NCBI RefSeq assembly: GCF_018977255.1
Contig: NW_024704742.1
Location: forward strand, 3,102,001-3,166,000
Length of the DNA stretch: 64,000 nucleotides
Direction: 5' to 3'
Source: Callorhinchus milii
Taxonomy: Eukaryota
The position numbers were made by a program, and so were the translations under genes. Shown piece after piece: positions 37,867 to 50,299 of this stretch. The notes below the pieces were generated by a model that did not search any database, was not told the DNA's origin, and was given only the letters and a program-made list of their open reading frames with translations. Each line of letters opens with the position of its first letter. Within the stretch, counting starts at the first letter, position 1.

Positions 37867-39415
37867 AACTGGCCTCTCAATTGAGTCTGAATCTGAAAAT
37901 CTTCTATGGATTTTTAAGGCAACTTTATTGGAAAACAGTTTCGAAATTAAGGCGAGGCTTAAACATTCATCAAATTCTGAACGCTCTAACATGTCACCTA
38001 AATGAGGAAAACTAGACCCAGATGGAATTGTTCTCCAAAAAAGCTTACAGGCAAAGTCAAGGTGGAATTGCAAGCCTTGGTAGCTATCCTCCAGGTAGAG
38101 TTATCTAAAGGCAGCAATGATAGTCATTTGGATGTGATGATGTCAGGGTGGAGTTGGAGACAAAGTCCGTCCATGCTGCTGATGAAATGCACGATGCCGT
38201 CGGATGGAATCAGTGTTCTTAAAGGGGAACAATACCCAGAAGCGAAGTAATTTCAATCCAAAGCTTCAATTCCCAGGAGAAACACTGCATTTGACAGAAA
38301 AAAAGTGTTTCCCATTTTGTCAATCAAAGAGCAGTCTGCTGGAGACCTGTCTGCCATGTCTCCTGGCCAAGAAAGACTTCATTGAATAGAATATCCAGTA
38401 AAATCCTTTTTACCTTCTGTCACTAAAGCCGAACAAGGACATGAGTCCTTCTTTGATCTTAGGCTCATTCGTCCAAAGATCTCTTAAACTGAAACCTTTT
38501 GAAGTTGAGCCCCCCTCAGTTAATTATTTATGTCACTTTCACTGCCTACTCCTGTTGCTGGAAAACAAAAGAAATCTGAATTTCTAAAATTACCATTGCT
38601 GTCACATCTGTCTCACATTCAGCTATTCATATTCTCTATGACTGTCTCACTGAATCTCACCACCTCACTCACACCCTCTCCGCTTTCTAAAAACCTACCT
38701 CTTTGACTCCTTCGCTCCCCTCCTTGAGAAGGACTTATAGGTACTGTATCAAATGAAAGGAGTATTATTATTTGTTGAGTAAGGCTGGTCACGATGCCGT
38801 AACCGTGCCAATAACTTCAGTTGCTGTGTGCGTAAACTATGCTGAGGGGAACCTCAAGTTACATTATGCCTTCTTTGAGGAAGCCAGTAAATTATGGGAG
38901 AGGGATCATTCGGTGGATCCAATTTGCTTGGAGTTCCTGAAGACATATGATCATCTTCTGCAGCAAGGCATTTAATGAAGGTCAAGGCACACAAAGCAAT
39001 GGCACATAAAGAAACCAGCTGTGTTGAAAACTGGAATAGAAAGACAATAATACATTGAAAACGTTCCGTCGCAGTAGGAGGTTAGGTCTCATTCTTATTG
39101 TATCATTCATGAAGCTATAGCATGAAAAGGAAATTCAGTGCTTGGAAAACTCAGGACTTCGGTTGCAAGAGGACACTTTGGGAAATACTAAACATTGAGG
39201 CTATGGAAGAAGGTGCAAGTGAAGTAAAATTAAATAGTGTCACCAAGTAATGTGAGCAATCCATGGATGAAGGGATGATTGTTGGTATTATTCTTATTAT
39301 TCTTATACAAGAGAATTTGACCATTCAACAAGGATGAATGTCAAGCTTTGCATGTTGGTACAGGAAAGGTGAAATGTGTTCACTTCGTGAAAGGCTGTTC
39401 ATTGGAAAAGGTGGA

Positions 39416-39655
39416 ATAATAATCCTTGCATTTGATATAGCGCTTATCACGTCATTGAGATGTCTCAAAGCGCTTCACACGACATACCATAAAGTGAATT
39501 GACTGTATATTTGTGGACGAAACGCGGCAGCCAATTGCGCACAGCAGCGTCCCCACAGACAGCCGTGGGTTGAGTGACCAAATTATTATTTCTTTTTGGA
39601 GGGATTGTTTCCGATCTGCCAATCGACTAACAGTCGGGTTCCTACTTACTGCGAG
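39416..39655 (-). mobile_element. tRNA-derived SINE, subfamily B, 5'-truncated
   Basis: Tail plus ...aatcgactaacagtcgggttcctacttactg. Confidence 0.9.
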
Positions 39656-40333
39656 GTAATCTGAAGGAAAGGATCCGGGTGCGCTTAGCGATAAATATAC
39701 TGAAAGCACACTGGTGATGAATTGGAATGTGACTCAAGGTATTTGACTATAAATTGAAAGAGGTTTTAACTCCTTGGATAGGTCAGAACACTGGGGTCTA
39801 AAATGATTACAATTAGTAGGACTCGTCAAGAATTTCCAACTCTTTAATCCAGACAGCAACAGAATTAGTGCGAGGCAATTTATGGAACTCTAATCTAGCA
39901 GTGTTGGAAAATAATAATAATCCTTCCATTTAATATAAAACCTTATCACGTTGCCCGGATGTCTCAAAGGCTCCTTCACAGTAGAGATACTGTAAAGTGG
40001 AGTGACTGTGCATTTTGTGGGCACAAAATGGGCTCAGAGTGGAGGTGTGTGGGTCAGCGTGACACATCTCTGCTCAACAGCAGGATTCAATACTTGGGCA
40101 GAAATCCTGGGGCAGAAATTCCGGTTTGACAAATGGGATTGGAAAAAAGATCTCTGGACAGCGTTTGAGTATTTCTTGGTTGCCAAAACATTAACAGTCC
40201 AAACATTCCTCTTTTCAGTGTTTGTCTCTGGCAAACGGCTTTGAAGCGATTTTCAGAACAAGTCTCTGACATGGCCTTAAATAAACAACAAGAGTGAAGC
40301 AACGTTATGTTCGAATGTCTCAAATAATACTAT

Positions 40334-40647
40334 ATAATAATCCTTGCATTTGATATAGCGCTTTTCACGTCAGGAGGACGTCCCAAAGTGCTTCACAGAA
40401 CACACTGTAAAGTGAATTGACTGTATATTTGTGGGCGAACGCGGCAGCCAATTGCGCACAGCAATGTCCCACAAACAGTCGTAGATTGAAAATGACCAAT
40501 TTATTATTGTTTTTTTTGTTTTTTTGGAGGGATTATTATTAGGCGTGTGGAGTAAGGAAACTTGCCCAAGGTTTCGCCCTGCCGGGAATCGAACTCAGGT
40601 CTCTCACTTGCAAAGCGAGTGCTCTAACCACTGAGCTACAGGACTCC
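40334..40647 (-). mobile_element. Young tRNA-derived SINE, subfamily A, full length
   Basis: Intact head (B-box gagttcgattcc), Deu segment and tail. Confidence 0.95.
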
Positions 40648-40974
40648 GAGTCCAACGGTCAATTGCGCCTTAGTTCAGTGGAGGTCCAAGGGCACATATC
40701 CATTGTCCTGCCCCTCTACCCTGGAGGAACATGCCATTGCAGTTCCACCCTCTGTCCCTCTCACACAGATTTTCAATGTAGAGTCAGGCTAACTCTATTC
40801 ATTTTAGAGCTAGGAAGCAGGATCCCATTGAAGGTCAGGCATAGTACAAAGGTTGTAATATATGTGTGTGTGTGTGTGTATGTGTGTGTGAATGATTATT
40901 AATCCATTAACTACGTATAAACATTTTGAGCATCTAATTTGTCCTCAGCAATTTTTCTATGGATATGTTTGATA

Positions 40975-41145
40975 AGCCGGGTGTCTGACACATGCGGAAA
41001 TTCATCGCCACTCTTAAGAGTAGCCAAACCAAACTGAGAGTCTCTACACATGGAAATTTCCCTGTGTCTGAAATGAAGTGTGCACTCTTTCTCTGGAGGA
41101 ATGCACCCTGGTTACCTAATTCCGGATGGTATTAGGCTTAAGTTG
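40975..41145 (-). repeat. Unclassified repeat family X copy
   Basis: agccgggtgtctgacacatgcggaaa...ccaaaccaaactgaga...ttacctaattcc. Confidence 0.82.
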
Positions 41146-42244
41146 GTGACAGCCCAGGCAGAGGGACCTCAGCATGTGTGTTAGGGTATGGCTGGATAGT
41201 TTGCCATTGAGAATGCTGCCAGGTAAGCTTCTCACTGCTTATCCAGCTTGCAACCACCATAGCCATTTGGCTTGCAGAGCTGAAACCTGCTCCAAGGTGA
41301 CCAGATAACCAACACATCCCACTGAGTAGCCCAGTGTTCAAGATGGTGAGTGCAGAGAACAAGTTCGCTAACAGAACAATAGGATCTACAAACAGAAATG
41401 TCCCAACTTTGTCAGAATATCCTTACTCCCCCTTTCAAGAGAATTAGGCCCTATAAGTGTGCCTTCAATCCTTACCCAAATCTTGGAGCTAGAGTACACA
41501 ATTTGAATAAAATCAGAAATGTCACTATGTATTCCTATAGTTTCCAGTTTTGTCAGTTTCAGTTTTCCGCCTTATGGGAATGAATGAACACAACAGGATA
41601 GAAGGTGATCGAATGCTATGCTTCCAGTACCATTGGAACTTTTGGGGCTGCAGACTATTGTGATACAGTATCGCTAAATAACCAAGATAGAAAAAGCCAT
41701 CTAGATCGACACGAATGATTGATTCCTGGAGCAACTTAATTGGAGAGGGCTGGATAACTGAATTCTTTAGTCTGAGGTCTGTTGCACTGTAACCCATGAC
41801 AGAATGTTGTTCTTGCTTCAGTGACACCTATAATGAGCAGTACCACAGTCGCTAACCATCATGGTACAGTATGTGTGGGGGATGGATATGATAGGACGTA
41901 AAGAACAAAATATCATCACGGCACAGTATCTTTGTAAGACTTCAATGCTTTGTGGAAATGTCTGACTACGCCACCAATTTCAATGGAATCCATTCTCTGT
42001 GAAACGGACACCAAACAGTTCAATGTGTGTGCGCCTCATGCAAATCAAAGGAAGCAACATTGAACTCTTATTGTCACTTTCTGTTTGCCAATTAGAGTGA
42101 CAGAGTGGGGAAGAGGGCTGCACAACACTGATGTATCCGTTGTTCATGTGTTTCCTTAAAGGATTGGTGAAATGCATCTGGCAGTATTGGAACAATTTTG
42201 AAATCCTGCAGCAGAACTGAATAATTTGACAGTTTTAGATGCCA

Positions 42245-42620
42245 CTCTGGCTCAGTCGGTAGCATTGTCATCTCTAGAGTCTGACATTCGGGCCTTGACG
42301 CTCCAATCCAATGCTGGGAGTCTGTTGCATTCTTGGAGGTGCCGCCTTTCAGACGCGATGTTAAACCGAGGTCCAGTCTCCCTGTTCGGATCTCATAACA
42401 CTATTCGAAAAGAGAAAGGAGTTTCTCCTTGGGTCCTGGCCAACAATCCCCCAATGTAATTGATCACTTCCTTCATGGATGTTTGTGAGACAACGCTATA
42501 TACAAATTGGCTGCTGTGTTCTTCTACAAGTACAGTCACTGTATAGTAAAATCTTGTGAAGTCCTTTGAGACGTTTCAACGACTTGATAAGGCACTGTAT
42601 GAAATGCAAGGATTATTATT
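42245..42620 (+). mobile_element. SacSINE1-like DeuSINE, near full length
   Basis: tggctcagtcggtagca head; gatgttaaaccgaggtcc; aaattggctgc; tail gataaggcactgtatgaaatgcaaggattatt. Confidence 0.85.
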
Positions 42621-44427
42621 TTTCATTTGACTACATCCTCATTCATTGCTGGTATAATGACATCACATTTTTCTTCAATCCCTCCTGGCAGTTATGTTTT
42701 TTTACAGTAATGTTTCAAGTACATATACGGTTTATTGTCGTTTTTATACTCACTTTAACTACAAAGACATGGGCATACATTTGACAGGAGATTTATTTCT
42801 TGCAACTTTTATTCCTGGTTATTGTTTAAAACATTATTATGTTTCATTGATTGATTTGAAACCTGAAAGGCTTGAGAGGAAACACAGTTTTAGAAATAAA
42901 GCCTAGGAAAATATAACACACAAGTAAAGTAATATATCACCCACTTGGAATATGTCATCTGTGTACTTTCTCTTTGTTACCTCTCCATTTGCAAATCTGC
43001 GTGTCATCAAAATCCTCACACAAATGCAATAAACAAGCTGCTGGGAAACCTGACATGTTTTAGTGGGTTATAGTGGATGGGAATCATCGTGAAAGCTTCT
43101 TTAAGATAAAGAAAATTGTGTTGGGATAAATCCCTTGTTATGGATAATACCTACTCAATTGTTATGTCTACCAATTGCATTCAGGTCACCTTGAGGGTAA
43201 TTTGTGATTCATGAGGTGACCTTCCACCCATAGGGAAAACCCCAACAATCCTTTTGGTTACTTTGTCATATCCACTCTCACCCTTCACCCACCTTTAAAA
43301 TTGGTTGTGTCTAATATGATAGGCTGATCTCTGTCCACTCTACATGAACACATTGACTGCCACTCTAGACATGAGCTCTTCTACCTCTTTTCCTCCCACC
43401 TTCCCTTCATTTCCCTTCTGTTTTCCTGAAATTTCCTTTTATCACGTCCTTCCTGATTTTCTTCGCTGTGCATCTTCTACTCCTTCCCGTTTACTCCCCA
43501 GTACAACACTTCTCCCTCTCTTATAGGAACACACATGTAGGAAATGAGGCATGGGAGAAAGCTAGTCAGCCAGTTGAAGCTCAACCATTTCTGTAGCCTA
43601 CGAACCACAACCTTCCCTAGTCGCAGCTGCCTGCCTTCCCAACAGATCCTTTGCTATTTATATCTTTGAATCTGCCAGTAGTCCAGACTATTCTCTCTCC
43701 CAGATAACCTCACAATTTCTCAACCTCTGAGTTCCTTCCCTTCCTTCCCATGTTCAATGTTCATGTCAACTCATGCGGGATAGGAATGCTGGGAGTAATG
43801 GAAGCATCTGAAATTCTGTCCCTATTTATGCGCGTCTAAATTTGAGCTAACGTTAGCAGAACGAGTCATTTTAGATGATGAAAAGCATCATCTTCAGTGT
43901 CTTCAGAATACAGCTTGAAGCCGGATCTTTCAAGGCCACTTGATGTATTGAGAATATCCTGTTTCACTGGAATGTAGATATTAGACAAAGCCATTGATTT
44001 CTGTTACTAGTCTACATGACATGATTGCCCTAGAAAACTAGATCAAGGGCACTCAAAGCATTCAATACTGCTTACATGTATTTTAAAATTACCCCAACAC
44101 TGGCCACTTATTTTGATTCATTCGGCTCTAATTTGTCGACCTGCAAAAACTCTGCTCTGTGAAGTAGGGGGTTGAGGTTCCATAAAATACACGGGTCCTA
44201 CGGCAAGTAAGGCAACTGATATCATTTGTAGAGTAACCTACAATGATGACCGTTAAATAATTTTTACGAGCGTCTTAAAAGAGGTTTATAAGTAAAGGTA
44301 AAAATCGTTGTGACAATTCTTCCTTCTATAAATATATAAAAAGAATTTGCTTCAAGAAGTAAAGGCTGGAGATATTGACCAAAAACACAGCCACAAAATT
44401 TTTTGAAGGGCCTTTAGCAGCATAGAA

Positions 44428-44702
44428 TGCTTCACGTCCCCCGCCTCGCTCGCCCCACCATTGGCGGGCAAGCCTTCAGCCACTCTGCCCCCACCCTCTG
44501 GAACTCCATCCCGCAGTTTCTACGACTCGCCCCCTCCCTTACCTCCATCTCAAGACCCTCCTCTTTGACCGTGCCTTCGATCACCCTCCTTCCCTCCTCG
44601 ATACCGACCTCCAGCTTGAGTCCGAAACTCTGACTGTCCAGCACCCTGGGATGTCCTCCCGACGTGAAAGGCACTTTACACATGTAATTGTGTTGTTGTT
44701 GT
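44428..44702 (+). mobile_element. L2 LINE 3' fragment
   Basis: LHVPRLARPTIGGQAFSHSAPTLWNSIP; stem-loop and (GTT)n tail. Confidence 0.9.
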
Positions 44703-45085
44703 AGAATGTTACAGTATGGAAGAGGACCATTTGGCCCATCGTATCTTTCAGAGCAATCCTTTCCGTCCCACTTACCTGCCCCTTTTCCCCACTACCCCTA
44801 TAACTCCTTTTTTGGGTATTTAAAATAATAATAATCCTTGCATTTGATACTGCACTTTGTCATTGTCTTCGAGACATCTCCAAGCGCTTCACTGAATATA
44901 CCGTAAAGTTTATTGCCTGTATATTTTTGTGAGTGAAAGGCTATTTATCCATTTCTCTTTTGAAAGCTAATTTGGAGTCTGCCTCAACCAATGCTCCCGG
45001 CAGAGCATTCTATATCCTAACTACTCTGTGTGTTTAAATAAATATGATTCTCCCAACTTCCCCATTTGCCTGTTTGCTAAATATC
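44703..45085 (-). mobile_element. CR1 3' remnant interrupted by a SINE tail (44824-44940)
   Basis: agaatgttacagtatggaagaggaccatttggcccatc tail; cggcagagcattctatatcctaactactctgtg. Confidence 0.65.
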
Positions 45086-45119
45086 TTAATTCCCTTGGAT
45101 GGAAAAGCTCTATATCCTA

Positions 45120-45480
45120 AAGGCTGGGAGGTGCAGTGGGGGCACTCATGTTCCACCTCTGGGACCTGGATTCAGATCCAACTCAGACTGATGGAATGCA
45201 GGTGTCCTGCAGGCTCCATTTATTGTGAGATAAGCTTTGATAATATTAAGAGCTGGAGACACCGGCATAAGACTGTCCGCCACCGAGCAGGAAATGCCAT
45301 TAAATTGTCGACGTCATTCAAGGAAGGTCACGTTGACGGCTGGTTGTGGGAAGTGGTGCGGTGAGGAGAGAGAGGTCCTTCTGATCTGCTGGTGAAGGCG
45401 CATTAAGTATCGTGGCAGAGTGGATCGAGCTTTACTCTACATCTTCCACGTAGCTAACCATGGAGTGTTGACACTGTGGC
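45120..45480 (+). mobile_element. Ancient LF-SINE-like element (tentative)
   Basis: ttccacctctgggacctggattcagatccaactcagactgatgg head and gcagagtggatcgagctttactctacatc 3' block resemble my recollection of LF-SINE-type consensus. Confidence 0.45.
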
Positions 45481-46303
45481 CTCTCTCCCACCTCCTCAGC
45501 TGCACCCACCCACTTCTAGTCTGGCTGGCGGGGAGGGGGGGGGTTGACTGACATACCCATCGGTCAAGCCTTTCTTCCTGCCTTTGCTTTACTTGGAATG
45601 TTTGTGTTTTATTTTAAGCCCTTTTTTTAATGTATATATATATATGTATAATTTTATTTCGTGTTATTTTGTACTTGTGAAAAACCTGGGGTTTTCCCAA
45701 TGACCAACCGCAACAACAACTTGCGCCCTTTCACGCCGTGTAATATCTTGGAGCGGACCAGCGATACTGATACGTATACGCACATCCCATATACGGTATG
45801 CCCAACCTTCACTCCACCTAACCAGTCAACAGTGCCCGCAGCTGAATAGAATCGTAGAACCTAACAGCACGGAAAGAAGCTGTTTACGGCACCTTTTCAG
45901 GCAGCGCATTCAAACGTACAGTCGTGGCTCTCAAGGTAGGAGGGCTTTAGTCCTGCCCTCGTTAGATGTCCCCTCACAGGGGCAATGTTCTCGAGGTCTC
46001 GCTCTCACTGTGTCCCAAATGCTTCCTCTTCCTGCAGCAGTTTGATCAAGTGCGTTCGCCAAATTAGCCCAACTGGACTGGATAACCCGCTGTATTTTGC
46101 GGGCACGATCCTCTCTCCAACTACTGCTTAGGGAGAGTTTCTTTATTTAAAAAAAAAGCACAACTAATTATTCTCAGAGCGCTCTATAAAAGGTTACTTT
46201 CCTGCTCTTTCTGTGTTATTTTTAACGAGCTTGCCATCACGTGAGATACAAATACAACAGCGTCTGACTCGACGGTGCAAAGTTGGTTTTGGTCCCGAGT
46301 TAT

Positions 46304-46418
46304 TGTGTGTGTGCGTGTGTACGTATGTGCGCGTGTGTACGTATGTGCGCGTGTGTGTGTGTGAGTGTGTATATATGTGTGTGTGAGTGTGTATATATGT
46401 GTGTGTGTGTGTGTGTGC
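46304..46418. repeat. Interrupted (TG)n with higher-order 18-bp and 22-bp duplications
   Basis: gtgtgtacgtatgtgcgc twice; gtgtgagtgtgtatatatgtgt twice. Confidence 0.95.
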
Positions 46419-47025
46419 CTGCGTGAGTCTCCCTCTGTCTGCACACATGTAAGTGCTGGATGAAGATGAAACGAAAGTTGGGATTCCAATCTTGTCCGGC
46501 ATTCATCCTCAAGGAACTTCAGTTTGTTCGTCGATCTTAATGTTGAGGGTACATGAAGAAGCTTGTAAGAGCACTTCACAAATCATTCTGCAACGACAGC
46601 CACCCTGTCATTGCCCTGTCTCTTCTGTGCTGCTAAACATGCCGTAAGCAGGAGCAGGAATTAACCGCGGGGTGTTCTACATTAACAAAAACGACTGGAC
46701 GGAATTAGTGAGCCACCAGAAGAGGACCTGCTGTCTGCAACCCAATTCTTTTCTGTCTCGTGCAATACTGCATGCACATGTATTTGGGTGTGGGTTGGTG
46801 GTAGGATGGTGTTCACTGTGCTGTTCCACTTGAACTTTGTGCTTGAGTTACCTGAGGAAGCTGGAATTGGTGTGTGTGGTCAGTCCTGCAGATTTTAAGC
46901 TTGAGGTTAAAACCTGTAGTTTGTTAAGAGGAAGGCAAGACAAGAAATTATTTTTAAAAATATTTTATATACAATATTTATACACGGGGTTTTTATATAT
47001 ATATATATACAGTGTATTTATATAT

Positions 47026-47051
47026 CGCATGTGTCAGACACCCAGCTGACC
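47026..47051 (+). repeat. Family X terminal 26 bp
   Basis: cgcatgtgtcagacacccagctgacc. Confidence 0.7.
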
Positions 47052-47230
47052 GTTGAAATTTTCAAGACGGATGTGGATAGATTTTTATTAGTTAAGGTTA
47101 TCGAGGGATGTGGGCAAAGGCGGATATTTGGAGTTGACATATAGATCAGTCACGATCTTATAGAATGGCAGAATGGGCTCAAGGGGTTGGATGGCCTACA
47201 CCTATTTCTGTGTTCCTATGGTTTCCTATG
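47052..47230 (+). mobile_element. CR1 LINE 3' end
   Basis: FKTDVDRFLLVK; gggctcaaggggttggatggcctac...gttcctatggtttcctatg. Confidence 0.85.
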
Positions 47231-47374
47231 ACCAAAGAAATATCGTATAGCACCCGATCATGAAAAAATAAATTTCAGAGTGAATGCTGTCAGGTCTCGT
47301 GACTGTCTTTGTAGGCAAACAAGGCAACTATTTTTCATACAGATACGTTTCACAAACAGGCACGAGGTGAATGA

Positions 47375-47610
47375 TCAATATATTTGGAGGACTGTTGACC
47401 AGGATAAACTCCTTTCTCTTTCGGAACAGGTTATAGGATATTCAGAGTCTACCTGAAAAGACAGACACAATCTATGTTTTATCTCTGGCAATGCAGCATT
47501 CCCCCAATACCGGACTGAAGTGTCAGTCTGGACAGTTGAATCCTGAGCCTTAAACCCCACAATCTTACGGTTCGGGAAGCGATAATGCTGCCAACTCAGC
47601 CAGCCTGGCA
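47375..47610 (-). mobile_element. SacSINE1-like SINE, 5' part, degraded
   Basis: Minus strand ggctgagttggcagcatt head. Confidence 0.6.
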
Positions 47611-48669
47611 AATAATAAGGAGATCCCCGTCTTGCAGTCCACGGAAAGAATGAATATAATTAAGAGATAATTAAGAATGTAATTAATATAATTTTAATTT
47701 GAGCAAATTGGATGAAGTGTGTGTGGAACAAGAAGAGCATGTAGTTGGCGTTTGACAGGCACCATGAAAAGGAAGTTCGGCGCAGCGAAGACCCTAGTGG
47801 TGGTGAAAAATGGAAAAAGACATGAATGTTTGAGATGAGGGGGAAGAAACTGGAATTCAGGAATGAGGGAAGCTTCAGCAATCCGATGACAAGCCTTTAT
47901 TGTGTTGGTATGGGAGCAGCATTCAAGTCCTGGGTGAACTCAGGCTTAATCAAGTGTTATAATGTACAGGGCGTACCATGGAATGAGATGAATACGATTA
48001 TCTCGTACAGGGTTTTTGGTTGTAATGAGTTTGTGAAAGCTTGTCTTTTCCTGATGGGAGCTCCTCTACCGGAGTGCCTGACATTCTACCTGGAAGTAAG
48101 TATTCTTTCTGCATCGTTGTTTGCCACCTCCATGTGAATCCTTTGCTTTTTTTTAATCTCAGAGAAGTCATTTCCCGCGAACAGGTTTCCACAGCCTCTG
48201 TACAGTATGAATGTAAAGAAACAAGGAAACAATGAAATGTTCGTTTATCAAAACAAAACGTGTCCTGTTACATGAAAATAAACTTTGGAAGTGATGTTTC
48301 CGTCAAAACATAACTGTTTGTTTGTGTTTCGTCCACAAAAATAAAGAGTCAATTAACTTCACAACAGATCTGTGAAGCACTTCGAGATGTCTCGAAGATG
48401 TGATAAGGCACTATATCAAATGCGAGGATTGTTATTATTATAAATGATTTAAAAATTTATCACCGTGATATTGGTGCACAGCGTCATTGTGAGACAGTGA
48501 CATGGTCTTTTCTGTCTATCTGTCCCTCACGCTCTCATTCTGAACAAAACATGCTAACCAAATGCTTTTATACGGTCTTTACCCCATTAGAAAACACTGG
48601 GGGAAAAATACACCATGAGGTAATATCACTGGTGATAATATAATATGCCAGGTTTTGTTTCTCCCGTAT

Positions 48670-49025
48670 CATAAGAACATAGGAAACGTGAGACGAAAAA
48701 AGACCAAGGTCCATCTGGTTCACCTTCCACATTCCTGGCGTTCGCACGTAGATAGTCCCGAACTCCCTATGTGCTGTCTCCCATAATGTTATTTCCTAAA
48801 AGAAAACTATCTAATCTGTGTTTGAAAGAATTAACACTTCCTGCTTCAACCCGTCTCCCTTGGGAGCATGTTCCAAATGGTTCACTATTTGCTCTCTTGT
48901 GCTTGCGTAGATTTGTTCTGAATTTAACCTCCTTTCAATCGCAGGCCGTGTCCTCTGGTTTTACCAGTCTGGACAAGTTGAAACAGCCTGTCGTGATCTA
49001 TATCGTCTCGCCCCTTTAGAATCAT
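48670..49025 (-). mobile_element. CR1 3' end, same family as 20839-21757
   Basis: ataagaacatagg...gaccaaggtccatctggttcaccttccac matches the reverse complement of 21690-21750. Confidence 0.85.
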
Positions 49026-49234
49026 GGCTATCTTATTGAATCAAACAATGTGCAGCTTGAAATGGATTCAGTACAGCATCCGCTGCCTCAGTCTTCATGT
49101 AAGAGGTGTCATGGTTTGGATTATTGACCAATAGCACTTTTACATCAATCTTTTGCATCAATAAAATTTGGCAAAGTGTGTGATTTACCATCGGACAGGG
49201 ACACATTTCAATTTCAGGGAATTCGTCCAAAATA

Positions 49235-49810
49235 CATAGAGTAGTGTTACAGCGCAGAAACAGATTGTGCAAGCCAATTAGTCCATGTCAGTGTTTATAC
49301 TCCACACTAAAATCCTCTCCTACTAGCCTCCTACTCTCCTCTCCTCTATCTATTCCCTTAATAGTAGGAGACGTGATGAGGTGCTGTATCAAATGCAAGG
49401 ATTATATTATTATCATAATAAAAATAAAGCTTGCATTTGGAACAGCGTCTTTCGCATCGGGAGGACAAAGGCAAACGCTCTCTTATATAAGTATCCAGTT
49501 TCCTCTTAAAAAGTTGATGCTTTCTGCTTGAACTACAGCTTCTGGCAGTAAGTGTCATATTCACTCCACCCTCTGTGAAAATTTTTTCTCTTAAAGTCCC
49601 ATTTAGATCTGTTACTGGCCATTTTAGGCGTATGCCCCCTCATTTTGGACTCACCGATAAATGGAAACATCCCATTAACGACCAACTAATCAAATTCTTT
49701 CATAATTTTGAACACCTCCATCAGGTCCCTTCACAATCTCATTTCCAGATAAAACATACACTTCTTGATAGCTGTATCTACTCAGTGCTGTAACATCCTG
49801 GTAAACCATG
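49235..49810 (-). mobile_element. Old CR1 remnant containing converging SINE and L2 tails
   Basis: cataattttgaacacctccatcaggtcccttc is the reverse of GDLMEVFKIM. Confidence 0.65.
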
Positions 49811-49834
49811 CTACTTTCTCTCCGGTACCACAAA

Positions 49835-50299
49835 GAGTCCTGTAGGGTATTGGTTAAAGCACTCGCTTCACAAGTGAGAGGAGGACATGGACTTAATTCC
49901 CAAGCAGGGCGAAACCTTAGGCAAGTTTCCTTACTCTATTTACCTAGGAGTAAGTAGGAACCCGGATGTTAATAATAATAATAATAATTCATAATAATCC
50001 TCGTGTTCGATATAGAGCCTTATCATGTCTTCGAGACATCTCAAAGCGCTTCACAGAATACACTTTGTGGGCGAACCATAACTTGTTGTCGATTGTCGGA
50101 TCGCTTTCCCGAGGATAATAATCCCTTCAAAAAAAAATAATAATTTGGTCACTCAATCCACGACTGTTTGTGGGACGCTGCTGTGCACAATTGGCCGCCA
50201 CTACATCTGCAATTCGCTTGACAGTATATTCTGTGAAGCACGTTGAGACGTCTCGATGACGTGATAGGGCGCTACATCAAACGCAAGGACTATTATTAT
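49835..50299 (+). mobile_element. SINE subfamily B with a nested antisense SINE tail (49971-50076)
   Basis: Host breaks at cccggatgtt| and resumes at ttgttgtcgattgtcggatcgc. Confidence 0.9.

Noticed and set aside
38002..38250. Exon-like GC-balanced segment
   Set aside because: Frames checked on both strands give short unrecognisable peptides without paired splice sites.
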